From Candidatus Omnitrophota bacterium (lineage in GTDB: Bacteria > Omnitrophota > Gorgyraeia > JAUYCX01 > JBMONJ01): a stretch of DNA of 38,852 nucleotides. The stretch spans positions 1 through 38,852 of the forward strand of contig JBMONJ010000173.1 in the NCBI GenBank assembly GCA_049324655.1, given 5' to 3'. Of the stretch, positions 26,854 through 37,585 are shown in pieces. Made by a program: the position numbers and the translations under genes. Position 1 is the stretch's first letter. Every line of letters starts with the position of its first letter. Below the pieces are notes generated by a model. It was given only the letters and a program-made list of their open reading frames with translations. It was not told where the DNA came from and ran no database searches.

Positions 26854-26977
26854 TGTTGTGAGTAGTGTGGGTGAGTTGTGAGTAGTGAGTCGAGTTGTGG
26901 GTTGTGAGGGTGAGGAGAAATATTCCCCACCCCCATCCCCATTACCCGACCCACAACACACAACTCATCCGCACCCC
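26854..26977. repeat. Family-1 G/T-word foldback element, copy 4
   Basis: 5' arm ttgtgagtagtgtgggtgagttgtgagtagtgagtcgagttgtgggttgtgagggtgagg with a ~7 nt gtgag periodicity. 3' arm ccccacccccatccccattacccgacccacaacacacaactcatccgcacccc. Confidence 0.75.
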
Positions 26978-27011
26978 AAGAGTAAAATATTATTTCACCT
27001 CAAACAAGACG

Positions 27012-29361
<2,350 letters not shown>

Positions 29362-29363
29362 GA

Positions 29364-29448
29364 CACGGATTTACACGGATTTAATTCGGATTTGCACGGA
29401 TATGATTTGTCCGTGCTAATCCGGTTTCTTATCTGTGTTAATCCGTGC
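29364..29448. repeat. One-off word foldback (cacggatt/aatccgtg words)
   Basis: 5' arm cacggatttacacggatttaattcggatttgcacgga and 3' arm tccgtgctaatccggtt...taatccgtg. It fills the pyrG-kdsA spacer. Confidence 0.7.
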
Positions 29449-29454
29449 AATAAT

Positions 29455-30288
29455 ATGGTTAAGGCAATAAGAGTAAAGGACATCAAAATCGGCACGGGTC
29501 AGCCGCTCGTGTTAATCGCCGGGCCTTGCGTGATTGAAAGCCGGGATGCGGCTTTACGCGCGGCAAAAAGACTTAAATCCCGCGTCGGAAAACTTAAGAT
29601 GCCGTTTATATTTAAGTCAAGTTATGATAAAGCCAACCGCACCTCGATTAAGTCCTTTCGCGGCCCGGGCCTTAAAAGGGGGTTGCAGGTTTTAAGGGAA
29701 ATTAAGGAAACGCTGGCTGTGCCGGTTTTAAGCGATGTGCATTCGGTTGTCGAGGTCAAGGCCGCGGCCCAGGTTTTGGATGTGATACAAATACCCGCAC
29801 TCTTGTCACGGCAGACGGATTTGCTGCGCGCTGCTGCTGAGACCGGCAAGGTTATCAATGTCAAGAAGGGCCAGTTTTCTGCGCCGTGGGATATGATTGA
29901 GGTTATAAAAAAGATTGAGAGCGCCGGGAATAAAAATATCCTGATAACCGAAAGGGGCGTAAGCTTCGGGTATAATAATCTGGTCTCGGATTTTCGTTCG
30001 TTGGTAATTATGCGTAAATTCGGTTATCCGGTGGTTTATGATGCCACGCACAGTGTGCAGCTTCCCGCGGGTGCCGGGGAAAGCTCCTCGGGACAGAGTG
30101 AGTTTGTACCGTTTTTGTCACGCGCGGCCGCGGCGGTGGGCTGCGACGGTTTGTTTTTGGAGGTGCATGAGAATCCCGCGGCCGCGCTCTGCGACGGCCC
30201 GAATATGATTTCCTTGCACGAGCTCGAGACCTTATTAAAACAAGTCATTGCCATTGAGAGAGCGTTAAAAAGTCAAGTTAGACGGTAG
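29455..30288 (+). CDS. kdsA: 3-deoxy-8-phosphooctulonate (Kdo-8-P) synthase
   Basis: LIAGPCVIES, FKSSYDKANR and VYDATHSVQ. I prefer the ATG at 29455 because the longer ORF start lies in the repeat. Confidence 0.92.
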   Translation: MVKAIRVKDIKIGTGQPLVLIAGPCVIESRDAALRAAKRLKSRVGKLKMPFIFKSSYDKANRTSIKSFRGPGLKRGLQVLREIKETLAVPVLSDVHSVVEVKAAAQVLDVIQIPALLSRQTDLLRAAAETGKVINVKKGQFSAPWDMIEVIKKIESAGNKNILITERGVSFGYNNLVSDFRSLVIMRKFGYPVVYDATHSVQLPAGAGESSSGQSEFVPFLSRAAAAVGCDGLFLEVHENPAAALCDGPNMISLHELETLLKQVIAIERALKSQVRR

Positions 30289-30293
30289 TTTCA

Positions 30294-30385
30294 GGGGTGA
30301 GGATGGGTTGTGAGTAGTGAGTCGGGTTGTGTGTTGTGAGGGTGGGGTGTTAATTCCTCACAACTCACCCACAATACTCACAACC
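30294..30385. repeat. Family-1 G/T-word foldback element, copy 5
   Basis: Starts ggggtgaggatgggttgtgag and ends cctcacaactcacccacaatactcacaacc, matching the termini of copy 2. Confidence 0.75.
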
Positions 30386-30395
30386 TAAAGATCGA

Positions 30396-31355
30396 ATGAC
30401 TATTCAAAGAGCAAAAAAGGTATTGTTAACCGAAGCCACGGCAATAAAGAAACTTACCCGACGGGTCGATCAACATTTCTTGAAGGCCGTAGAAATGATC
30501 TGCCGCAGCAGGGGTCGGGTCGTGGTCACGGGAATGGGCAAGGCCGGAATCATCGGACAAAAAATTTCTGCAACTCTCTCCTCGGTAGGCACGCCAAGTT
30601 TATGGTTGCACAGCGCCGAGGCCATTCACGGCGATTTAGGCCGGGTCACCAAAGACGACATCATTATCCTTTTATCCAACAGCGGAGAGACTGACGAGGT
30701 AAAGAAATTATTGCCGCTTTTGAAAAAATTAGGGGCTAAGATAATTGCTATTACCGGACAGCTTAAATCCACGCTGGCAAAATACAGCGATGTGGTCTTG
30801 GATGTCTCGGTAAAAGAAGAGGGTTGCCCGCTGGGTCTGGCCCCAATGGCCTCGACCACGGCAATGTTAGCAATGGGCGATGCCTTGTCTGCGTGCCTTA
30901 TTGAGCGCAAGGGTTTTAAGCGCGAGGACTTTGCCTTCTTACATCCCGGCGGAAACTTGGGGAAAAGGCTTTTGCTAAGGGTTGAAGATATTATGCGTAA
31001 AGGCGCCGCCAATCCGATAGTGAGCGAGGAAAAAAAAGTAAAGGATGTACTTTTAAATATAACCCAAGCCCGCGCCGGCTCGGCAACCATTGTAAATAAA
31101 CAAGGCCGCCTTGTTGGGATATTTACCGACGGAGATTTGCGTCGGCATTTGGAAAAAGACCCGGACTTATCCTTGCGAAAAGTAAGCGAGGTTATGACCA
31201 AAAATCCCATCACCATTTCCCCCGGCCGTCTGGCCGTGGAAGCCCTGCGCGTCTTGGAGGAGAAAAAGATTGATGAAATCCCGGTAGTGGACTGCCGCCA
31301 TAAGCCGGTGGGGTTGTTGGATATTCAGGATGTTTTAAAAGCAGGTTTGGTATAA
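30396..31355 (+). CDS. kdsD: Arabinose-5-phosphate isomerase (SIS domain plus tandem CBS domains)
   Basis: GMGKAGIIGQKISATLSSVGTPS, SNSGET, and a C-terminal CBS pair. Confidence 0.9.
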   Translation: MTIQRAKKVLLTEATAIKKLTRRVDQHFLKAVEMICRSRGRVVVTGMGKAGIIGQKISATLSSVGTPSLWLHSAEAIHGDLGRVTKDDIIILLSNSGETDEVKKLLPLLKKLGAKIIAITGQLKSTLAKYSDVVLDVSVKEEGCPLGLAPMASTTAMLAMGDALSACLIERKGFKREDFAFLHPGGNLGKRLLLRVEDIMRKGAANPIVSEEKKVKDVLLNITQARAGSATIVNKQGRLVGIFTDGDLRRHLEKDPDLSLRKVSEVMTKNPITISPGRLAVEALRVLEEKKIDEIPVVDCRHKPVGLLDIQDVLKAGLV

Positions 31356-31380
31356 CTTCTTTCCGATTTGTTTAATGAAA

Positions 31381-31466
31381 AATGTCCGATGACTAATGCC
31401 AAATAAATTTCCAATGCCCAATTGGTCATTGGAAATTTGACATTGATTTGACATTTGACATTGGAA
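31381..31466. repeat. Family-2 tgtcaaat/ccaat-word foldback
   Basis: 5' arm aatgtccgatgactaatgccaaataaatttccaatgcccaatt and 3' arm ggtcattggaaatttgacattgatttgacatttgacattgg. Confidence 0.7.
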
Positions 31467-31477
31467 ATTAAAGAATA

Positions 31478-31996
31478 ATGACTTTAAGAGAGAGACTGAA
31501 AAGGATTAAGCTGTTGATAATGGATGTTGACGGTGTCTTAACCGACGGGAAAATCGTCTTTGACGATCAAGGCGGCGAGTTGAAGTTTTTCGATGTGCAG
31601 GACGGTTTGGGCGTGGTGCTGATAAAAAGGGTGGGGGTCAAGACGGCTATAATCACCGCTAAGGGCTCCAAGGTCGTGGAGCGCCGCGCCGCGGATATGC
31701 AGGTTGACCATCTTTATCAGGATGCCGAAGACAAAACCATTGCCTTCCGTCATCTTTTGGAAGAATCGAAACTTAAAGCCGAAGACGCCTGCTTTATTGC
31801 CGACGAGCTTATTGACCTGCCGGTAATCAAGCTGGCCGGTCTGGCCGTAGCCGTAAAGAATGCCGCGCCGGAAGTAAAAAGATACGCCCATTACATCACC
31901 AAGAGAAACGGCGGACAGGGCGCGGTCCGGGAAGTTATCGAAATGATTTTAAAGGCGCAGGGCGAGTGGCGACGTGCCACTGAGAAATATATTTGA
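31478..31996 (+). CDS. kdsC: Kdo-8-phosphate phosphatase (HAD family)
   Basis: LLIMDVDGVLTDGKI and a typical KdsC length of 172 aa. Confidence 0.88.
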   Translation: MTLRERLKRIKLLIMDVDGVLTDGKIVFDDQGGELKFFDVQDGLGVVLIKRVGVKTAIITAKGSKVVERRAADMQVDHLYQDAEDKTIAFRHLLEESKLKAEDACFIADELIDLPVIKLAGLAVAVKNAAPEVKRYAHYITKRNGGQGAVREVIEMILKAQGEWRRATEKYI

Positions 31997-32072
31997 GGAC
32001 ACCACGACACCTGACACCAAGTCACCCGTAGACTGTTGACGGGTGGCATGGTGTCTTGGTGGCTTGGTGACC
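31997..32072. repeat. One-off word foldback (gacacc/ggtgtc words)
   Basis: 5' arm ggacaccacgacacctgacaccaagtcaccc, 13 nt loop, 3' arm gggtggcatggtgtcttggtggcttggtgacc. Here the C/A-rich arm comes first. Confidence 0.7.
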
Positions 32073-32078
32073 TAGCGT

Positions 32079-32957
32079 ATGAATAAGAAAATTTTTTTAT
32101 TCTTAGTGTTCTTTCTTATCAGCGGCTGGGTCGTCGCCGAGGAGCCTTCTAACCAGCAATTCCTCGATTTTAATCTGTCCGGCTATGGTCAGGGTGGCAA
32201 AAAGACTTGGGAGGTCCGGGGTCAGTCCGCGGACATCTTCGAGAATATCGTCAAGCTCACCAACATTGTGGCTAATGTCTATGGTCAGGATGAGGATATG
32301 ACTCTTACCGCCAAGACCGGCAGTATGAATAAGGAAACCGGCAATATGCATTTGGAGCAGGATGTGGTGGCCACCACCAAAAGCGGAGCAAAGCTCACTA
32401 CTGATTCTCTTGACTGGCAGCGCTCCAAGGATTTGATAACCACGCCGGACAAGGTAGTGGTGGAAAAAGAGAATATGACCGCCGTGGGTTTTGGCGCCGA
32501 GGCCAAGCCCAGCATGAGTCAGGCTGAGTTTAAGAAAGACATCACTGTAAATATTAATACTGCCGAGAAGGATAAGCCAGCAAACTTTACCATCATCACC
32601 TGTGATGGCCCAATGGAGATAGACTATCAAAAACAGCAGGCGGTCTTTAACAAAAACTGCAAGGCGGTTGATGCGCAAGGGACGATTACTGCCGAGCGCA
32701 TGGAGGTATATTTTGATTTGAACACCAAACAGCTGATTAAGATCATTTGCAAGGGTAATGTGAAGATACAAAAGGGCGAGAATACCAGTTTCTCCGACGA
32801 GGCGATTTATCTGGCTGCGGAAAAAAAGATGACTCTCCTGGGCCGTCCGAAATTGATTTTACTGACTGAGGGGGAGGAAGAATCAGGATCTCTGGGAGAC
32901 AATGATAAATCCCAAATCCCAATTTCCAAATCCCAAACAAATCCAGATTCCCAATAG
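32079..32957 (+). CDS. LptC-like plus LptA/OstA-like LPS transport protein (single ORF)
   Basis: N-terminal anchor or signal, an LptC-like beta-jellyroll pattern, then an OstA-like segment (ITAERMEVYFD...CKGNVKIQKGENTSFSDEAIYL...MTLLGRPKL). It sits directly upstream of lptB. The low-complexity C-terminal tail is encoded by repeat words. Confidence 0.7.
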   Translation: MNKKIFLFLVFFLISGWVVAEEPSNQQFLDFNLSGYGQGGKKTWEVRGQSADIFENIVKLTNIVANVYGQDEDMTLTAKTGSMNKETGNMHLEQDVVATTKSGAKLTTDSLDWQRSKDLITTPDKVVVEKENMTAVGFGAEAKPSMSQAEFKKDITVNINTAEKDKPANFTIITCDGPMEIDYQKQQAVFNKNCKAVDAQGTITAERMEVYFDLNTKQLIKIICKGNVKIQKGENTSFSDEAIYLAAEKKMTLLGRPKLILLTEGEEESGSLGDNDKSQIPISKSQTNPDSQ

Positions 32958-32970
32958 CCAAATTTACAAA
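32905..32970. repeat. Family-2-like half element (cccaaat/ccaat words only)
   Basis: gataaatcccaaatcccaatttccaaatcccaaacaaatccagattcccaatagccaaattt. I found no complementary arm. It overlaps the last ~17 codons of the lptC/A-like ORF. Confidence 0.5.
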
Positions 32971-32978
32971 TCTGAAAA

Positions 32979-33701
32979 ATGAATTTGTTGGAAACTAAGG
33001 GGTTGGTTAAGACTTATGCCGGCCGGCGGGTGGTAGATAAGGTGGACATCGCGGTCAAGCGCTCGGAAATCGTCGGGCTCTTAGGGCCAAATGGCGCGGG
33101 AAAGACCACCACCTTTTATATGATCGTCGGGGTTATCCCGCCGACCGAAGGAAAGATTCATTTTGACCAGCAGGATATTTCTAATTTTCCCATTCACCAG
33201 CGCTGCCGTTTGGGAATGGGGTATCTTTCGCAGGAGCCGTCGATATTTCGCCGGCTTACCGTGGAAGAAAATATTATGGCTATTTTAGAGACCTTGCCAA
33301 TTGGCATCCGCGAACGCAGACGGCGCCTTAAGAATCTTTTGGCCGAGCTGAATATCTCTCACTTGGCAAAACACAAGGCCTATACCCTTTCCGGCGGTGA
33401 GCGCCGGCGCCTGGAGATCACCCGCGCCTTGGTTACTAATCCGTCATTTATTTTATTGGACGAGCCTTTTTCCGGCATTGATCCCATTGTGGTTGCCGAG
33501 GCCCAGCAGATAATTCGCGACCTAAAAGAAAGGGGCTTGGGGATATTATTGACTGACCACAATGTAAGGGAGACCCTGTCCATAACCGATCGCGCCTATC
33601 TGATTGCCGAGGGTAGAATTCTTATCTCCGGTAAGGCTGAGGATTTAATCAATGACCCGCGGGCGCGGCAGATTTATTTGGGCGAACAATTCCGTATGTA
33701 A
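32979..33701 (+). CDS. lptB: LPS export ABC transporter ATP-binding protein LptB
   Basis: GPNGAGKTT, YLSQEPSIFRRLTVEENI, LSGGERRRLEITRAL, LLDEPF. Confidence 0.93.
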   Translation: MNLLETKGLVKTYAGRRVVDKVDIAVKRSEIVGLLGPNGAGKTTTFYMIVGVIPPTEGKIHFDQQDISNFPIHQRCRLGMGYLSQEPSIFRRLTVEENIMAILETLPIGIRERRRRLKNLLAELNISHLAKHKAYTLSGGERRRLEITRALVTNPSFILLDEPFSGIDPIVVAEAQQIIRDLKERGLGILLTDHNVRETLSITDRAYLIAEGRILISGKAEDLINDPRARQIYLGEQFRM

Positions 33702-33716
33702 TCAAAAAAAGAAAAA

Positions 33717-34631
33717 ATGCTTATCAAGAAATGCGATGTCAAAAAATTGGATGCCTGCAAAAGGCAAATTAATATTGAGATTGCCAAAGAGACCGTGGAC
33801 CAAAAATTAGATCAGGTCCTCTCTGAGATTAACAAGAATGCCAAGGTGGATGGTTTCCGTCCCGGCAAGGCCCCGCGTTATATCATCGACGAGAAACACG
33901 GCAACCAAGCCCGCGGAGAGGCGATTAAGCGTTTGATTTCCGATTCCTACGACGAGGCCATTGCCGGCGAGAAATTAGCTCCTCTTGACCTTCCCGAGAT
34001 TTTTGATGTCGAGTTTAAGGAGGGAACGTTATTTTATAAGGCCAAGTTAGAAGTCAAGCCTGAAGTTAAAATTAAGGATTACCGGGGGATAAAGATTACC
34101 CGCAAGCCAGTGGAGGTTTCTTCCGACGAGATTCAGAAGGCGATTGAATACCTTAAAGGAACGCAAGGCCTGAACAAAGATACGCCTGCCGACGATGCCT
34201 TTGCTCGGGGATTGGGTTATCCCTCGCTTAAAAGTTTGGAGGATTCCATAAAAAAGCAATTAGAGGTTAACAAAGAGCAGATAGCGCGCTCCCAGATGGA
34301 GGAAGAATTAATTGAGCAGCTCTTGGCTAATGCCTCGTTCGTCCTGCCGGAGGCCGCGGTAAAGAAACAACTCGAGCGTCTCTGGCGCGACGCCCAGCAC
34401 CGCTTAATGGCGCAGGGCGTAAAAAAGGAAGACCTCACGGCGAAAGAAGAGGAATACAAAAAGGAATTAAAAAAGGCCGCGGAGCGGGACATCGCCGTAT
34501 ATTTTATTTTTGACAAGATCGCCGAGTTAGAGAATATCAAGCCAGAAAAGCCGGAGGGGATGTTCCGCAAGGTTTTGGAATTCTTAATGCGCGAGGCAAA
34601 ATGGGAAGGGGGAGAGACTAATGGACAGTAA
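33717..34631 (+). CDS. tig: Trigger factor lacking the PPIase domain (304 aa)
   Basis: Ribosome-binding signature GFRPGKAP near residue 47. The N-terminal domain runs straight into the helical C-terminal arm domain, with no FKBP-type segment. It lies upstream of clpP. Confidence 0.8.
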   Translation: MLIKKCDVKKLDACKRQINIEIAKETVDQKLDQVLSEINKNAKVDGFRPGKAPRYIIDEKHGNQARGEAIKRLISDSYDEAIAGEKLAPLDLPEIFDVEFKEGTLFYKAKLEVKPEVKIKDYRGIKITRKPVEVSSDEIQKAIEYLKGTQGLNKDTPADDAFARGLGYPSLKSLEDSIKKQLEVNKEQIARSQMEEELIEQLLANASFVLPEAAVKKQLERLWRDAQHRLMAQGVKKEDLTAKEEEYKKELKKAAERDIAVYFIFDKIAELENIKPEKPEGMFRKVLEFLMREAKWEGGETNGQ

Positions 34632-35223
34632 ATTACAAACTTTAGTTCCGATAGTGGTGGAGCAGCGCGGGCAAATAGAGCGGGCGTATGATATCTATTC
34701 GCGTCTGTTAAAAGACCGGATTATTTTTATTGGCACGCCCATTGACGATATGGTTGCCAACTTGGTTATCGCCCAGTTGCTATTTTTACAGATGGAGGAT
34801 GAGAAAAAGGATATCAATCTTTATATCAACACCCCCGGCGGCTCGGTTACCGCGGGCTTGGCGGTTTATGACACGATGCAGTTTGTTAAACCCGATGTGT
34901 GCACCTACGGCGTCGGGCAAGCCACCAGTATGGGCGCGCTTTTACTTTGCGCCGGCACTAAGGGCAAACGTTTTGGTCTGCCCCATTCGCGGATTATGAT
35001 TCATCAACCGTGGGGCGGGGTGCAGGGCGCGGCCGCGGATATTTCTATTCAAGCCAAGGAAATCCTGCGTCTGCGCGATAAGATAAATGAATTGCTGGCC
35101 AGCCACACCGGTCAGCCTTTGGAGAAAATCCAGAAGGATACGGATCGCGACTTCTTTATGTCCGCGGCCGAAGCCAAGGATTATGGCTTGATTGATGAAG
35201 TGGTGATTGGGAAGAAGAAATAG
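34621..35223 (+). CDS. clpP: ATP-dependent Clp protease proteolytic subunit
   Basis: [25 protein letters not shown] (Ser), MIHQP (His), DTDRD (Asp). Confidence 0.95.
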   Translation: MDSKLQTLVPIVVEQRGQIERAYDIYSRLLKDRIIFIGTPIDDMVANLVIAQLLFLQMEDEKKDINLYINTPGGSVTAGLAVYDTMQFVKPDVCTYGVGQATSMGALLLCAGTKGKRFGLPHSRIMIHQPWGGVQGAAADISIQAKEILRLRDKINELLASHTGQPLEKIQKDTDRDFFMSAAEAKDYGLIDEVVIGKKK

Positions 35224-35239
35224 CAAAGGAGAAATTTTC

Positions 35240-36379
35240 ATGAAGAAAAATATATTATTGACCCCCGGTCCAACCCCGCTGCCGCCGGAGGTCTGCGAGG
35301 CCTTAAGCCGGCCGATAATTCATCATCGCACCCCGCAGTTTCAGAAGGTCTTGGCCGAGGCTGCGGAAAACCTGAAATATATTTTTCAGACCAAGAACGA
35401 TGTCTTTATCCTCGCCTCTTCGGGAACCGGCGCGATGGAGGCGGCGGTCTGCAATTTACTCTCGGCCGGCGATACCGCGATTAGCATTGAGGCGGGAAAA
35501 TTTGGCGAGCGCTGGACGGAGTTATTAAAGACTTACGGCGTAAACCCCATAGTTTTCAAAGCCGAGTGGGGAAAGACCGTCGGCCCCAAAGAAGTTGCCA
35601 AGGCCTTAAAAGAAAATCCCGGCGCCAAGGCCGTGTTTGCGACTTTGTGCGAAACCTCGACGGGAGTTACCGCGGATATTAAGGAAATTGCGGCAGTGGC
35701 AAAAGATTCACCGGCCGTGTTGGTTGTGGATGCGATAAGCGGGCTGGGGGTTTTGGATCTAAAGACCGACGACTGGGGCGTGGATGTGGTGGTTTCCGGC
35801 TCGCAAAAGGGCCTGATGCTTCCTCCGGGGCTGGGTTTAATCAGCGCGAGCGCCAAGGCCTGGAAGGCAATTGAGCGGTCGCGCATACCGAAATATTATT
35901 TTAGTCTCAAGGCCGCCAAAAAGGCCCTGGATAAAACCGATACCCCTTTTACGCCGGCGATTGGTTTGGTTATTGCGATGAATGAAAGCCTGAAAATGAT
36001 TAAGCAGGAGGGGTTGGAAAATATTTTCGCTTATTATCATAAGCTGGCTGAGGCAGTGAGAAAGGCCGCGCTGGCCTTGGGGTTAGAGCTGTTTGCCAGC
36101 GCGGACTGCGCCTCGGACGCCATTACCGCCATAAAGGTGCCGGCAGGCATTGACGGAGAAAAAATGGTCAAGACTATGCGCGACACCTACGGGATTACCA
36201 TTGCGGGAGGTCAATCGGAGATGAAAGGCAAAATTTTCCGCATTGCCTCAATGGGTTACATCAATGAGTTCGATATCTTAACCGGAATCGCCTGTCTGGA
36301 AAAAGTTTTAAAACAGATGGGTCATAAGTTTGAGATAGGCGCGGGAGTGGCCGCCGCGCAGAAAGTATTTAATAGTTGA
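35240..36379 (+). CDS. Class V PLP-dependent aminotransferase (serine-pyruvate / alanine-glyoxylate type)
   Basis: LLTPGPTPLPPEV, HHRTPQF and SGSQKGLMLPPGLG (PLP lysine). An aaggag RBS precedes the ATG at 35240. Confidence 0.85.
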   Translation: MKKNILLTPGPTPLPPEVCEALSRPIIHHRTPQFQKVLAEAAENLKYIFQTKNDVFILASSGTGAMEAAVCNLLSAGDTAISIEAGKFGERWTELLKTYGVNPIVFKAEWGKTVGPKEVAKALKENPGAKAVFATLCETSTGVTADIKEIAAVAKDSPAVLVVDAISGLGVLDLKTDDWGVDVVVSGSQKGLMLPPGLGLISASAKAWKAIERSRIPKYYFSLKAAKKALDKTDTPFTPAIGLVIAMNESLKMIKQEGLENIFAYYHKLAEAVRKAALALGLELFASADCASDAITAIKVPAGIDGEKMVKTMRDTYGITIAGGQSEMKGKIFRIASMGYINEFDILTGIACLEKVLKQMGHKFEIGAGVAAAQKVFNS

Positions 36380-36442
36380 TTTTTAACGCGAATTTTCGCG
36401 AATCCCTGCCTGCCTTCGGCAGGCGAGCAAATTAACGCAGAT

Positions 36443-37585
36443 ATGAAAACCAACGAACAAGTCTTGGATTTATCGGTTGATTTGGAGAAAGAGCAATACG
36501 ACTGGAAGAAGGATGTTATCGTTAATAAGTCGAAGCTCTTGGAGAAGGTGGAAGAAGCCGAGAACTTAAGGGATATTCCGCAGCTCAAGAACCGCATTTT
36601 TTCCATCAAGTCCGTCATTAGCTATCCCAAAAGCGATACCGAAGGCTTATTAAACATCGAGCAAAACGGCGACACGATTGTCCTTAAAAAGGGCGCACTC
36701 GTAGAGGAATTGAGACAGATAGAAGAAGCACATACCATTGAGAGGGCCCGATATTATCTCGACCGCCTTAAAAAAGGTATAAGTGAAATAAAAACCAGCA
36801 AGATTAACGATATAAATTTGAACCGCTGGAAGGAATATCAGGAAATTATCACCGATAGTTTATGGCTTTTGGAAAAAAGAGACACCTCGGGCGCGCATAT
36901 CGGCTGGTATTGGGGGAATTTTGTTCCCCAGATACCCCACCAATTAATGCTGCGTTATACTAAGAAAGACGACTGGGTTATCGATCCTTTTGTTGGCAGC
37001 GGGACGACTTTAATTGAATGCCGCCGCTTGGGCAGAAACGGTATCGGTATTGATTTAAACCCCATAGTTGTAAGAGAAGCCAAGAATCTAATTAAGAAAG
37101 AGGATAATACCCATAATGTTGTCAACGAAGTTGTCGCCGCAGACAGCAGAAAGATAAACCTGAGAGAGACGCTGGATAAGCTTGGCGTAAAACAGGTTCA
37201 GCTTCTTATTATGCACCCTCCGTATCACGATATCATTAGATTCAGCAGGAGTAAGGATGACTTATCCAATGCTTCAACTACGGAAGAATTCGTCAAAATG
37301 TTCGGGGAGGTCTTGGACAATACAGCGCCGTATCTGGAAAAGGGAAGATATCTCGGCATTGTAATCGGCGATAAATATTACAAAGGTACTTGGATACCTT
37401 TGGGGTTTTATGTAATGAACGAGGTCCTAAAGAGAGACTTTACCCTGAAAAGCATAATTGTGAAGAACTTTGAACAGACAAGAGGCAAGCGGAATCAGCA
37501 GGAATTATGGCGATATAGGGCATTAGTGGGTGGGTTCTATATCTTTAAGCACGAGTATATTTTGTTGTTTAAAAAGAGTAAGTAA
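36443..37585 (+). CDS. SAM-dependent N6-adenine/N4-cytosine-type methyltransferase with a ~180 aa N-terminal extension
   Basis: AdoMet motif WVIDPFVGSGTTLIEC followed ~70 aa later by the catalytic-type LLIMHPPY. The N-terminal 180 aa are charged and helical with no motif I recognise. The stop overlaps the next start (TAATG). Confidence 0.75.
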   Translation: MKTNEQVLDLSVDLEKEQYDWKKDVIVNKSKLLEKVEEAENLRDIPQLKNRIFSIKSVISYPKSDTEGLLNIEQNGDTIVLKKGALVEELRQIEEAHTIERARYYLDRLKKGISEIKTSKINDINLNRWKEYQEIITDSLWLLEKRDTSGAHIGWYWGNFVPQIPHQLMLRYTKKDDWVIDPFVGSGTTLIECRRLGRNGIGIDLNPIVVREAKNLIKKEDNTHNVVNEVVAADSRKINLRETLDKLGVKQVQLLIMHPPYHDIIRFSRSKDDLSNASTTEEFVKMFGEVLDNTAPYLEKGRYLGIVIGDKYYKGTWIPLGFYVMNEVLKRDFTLKSIIVKNFEQTRGKRNQQELWRYRALVGGFYIFKHEYILLFKKSK

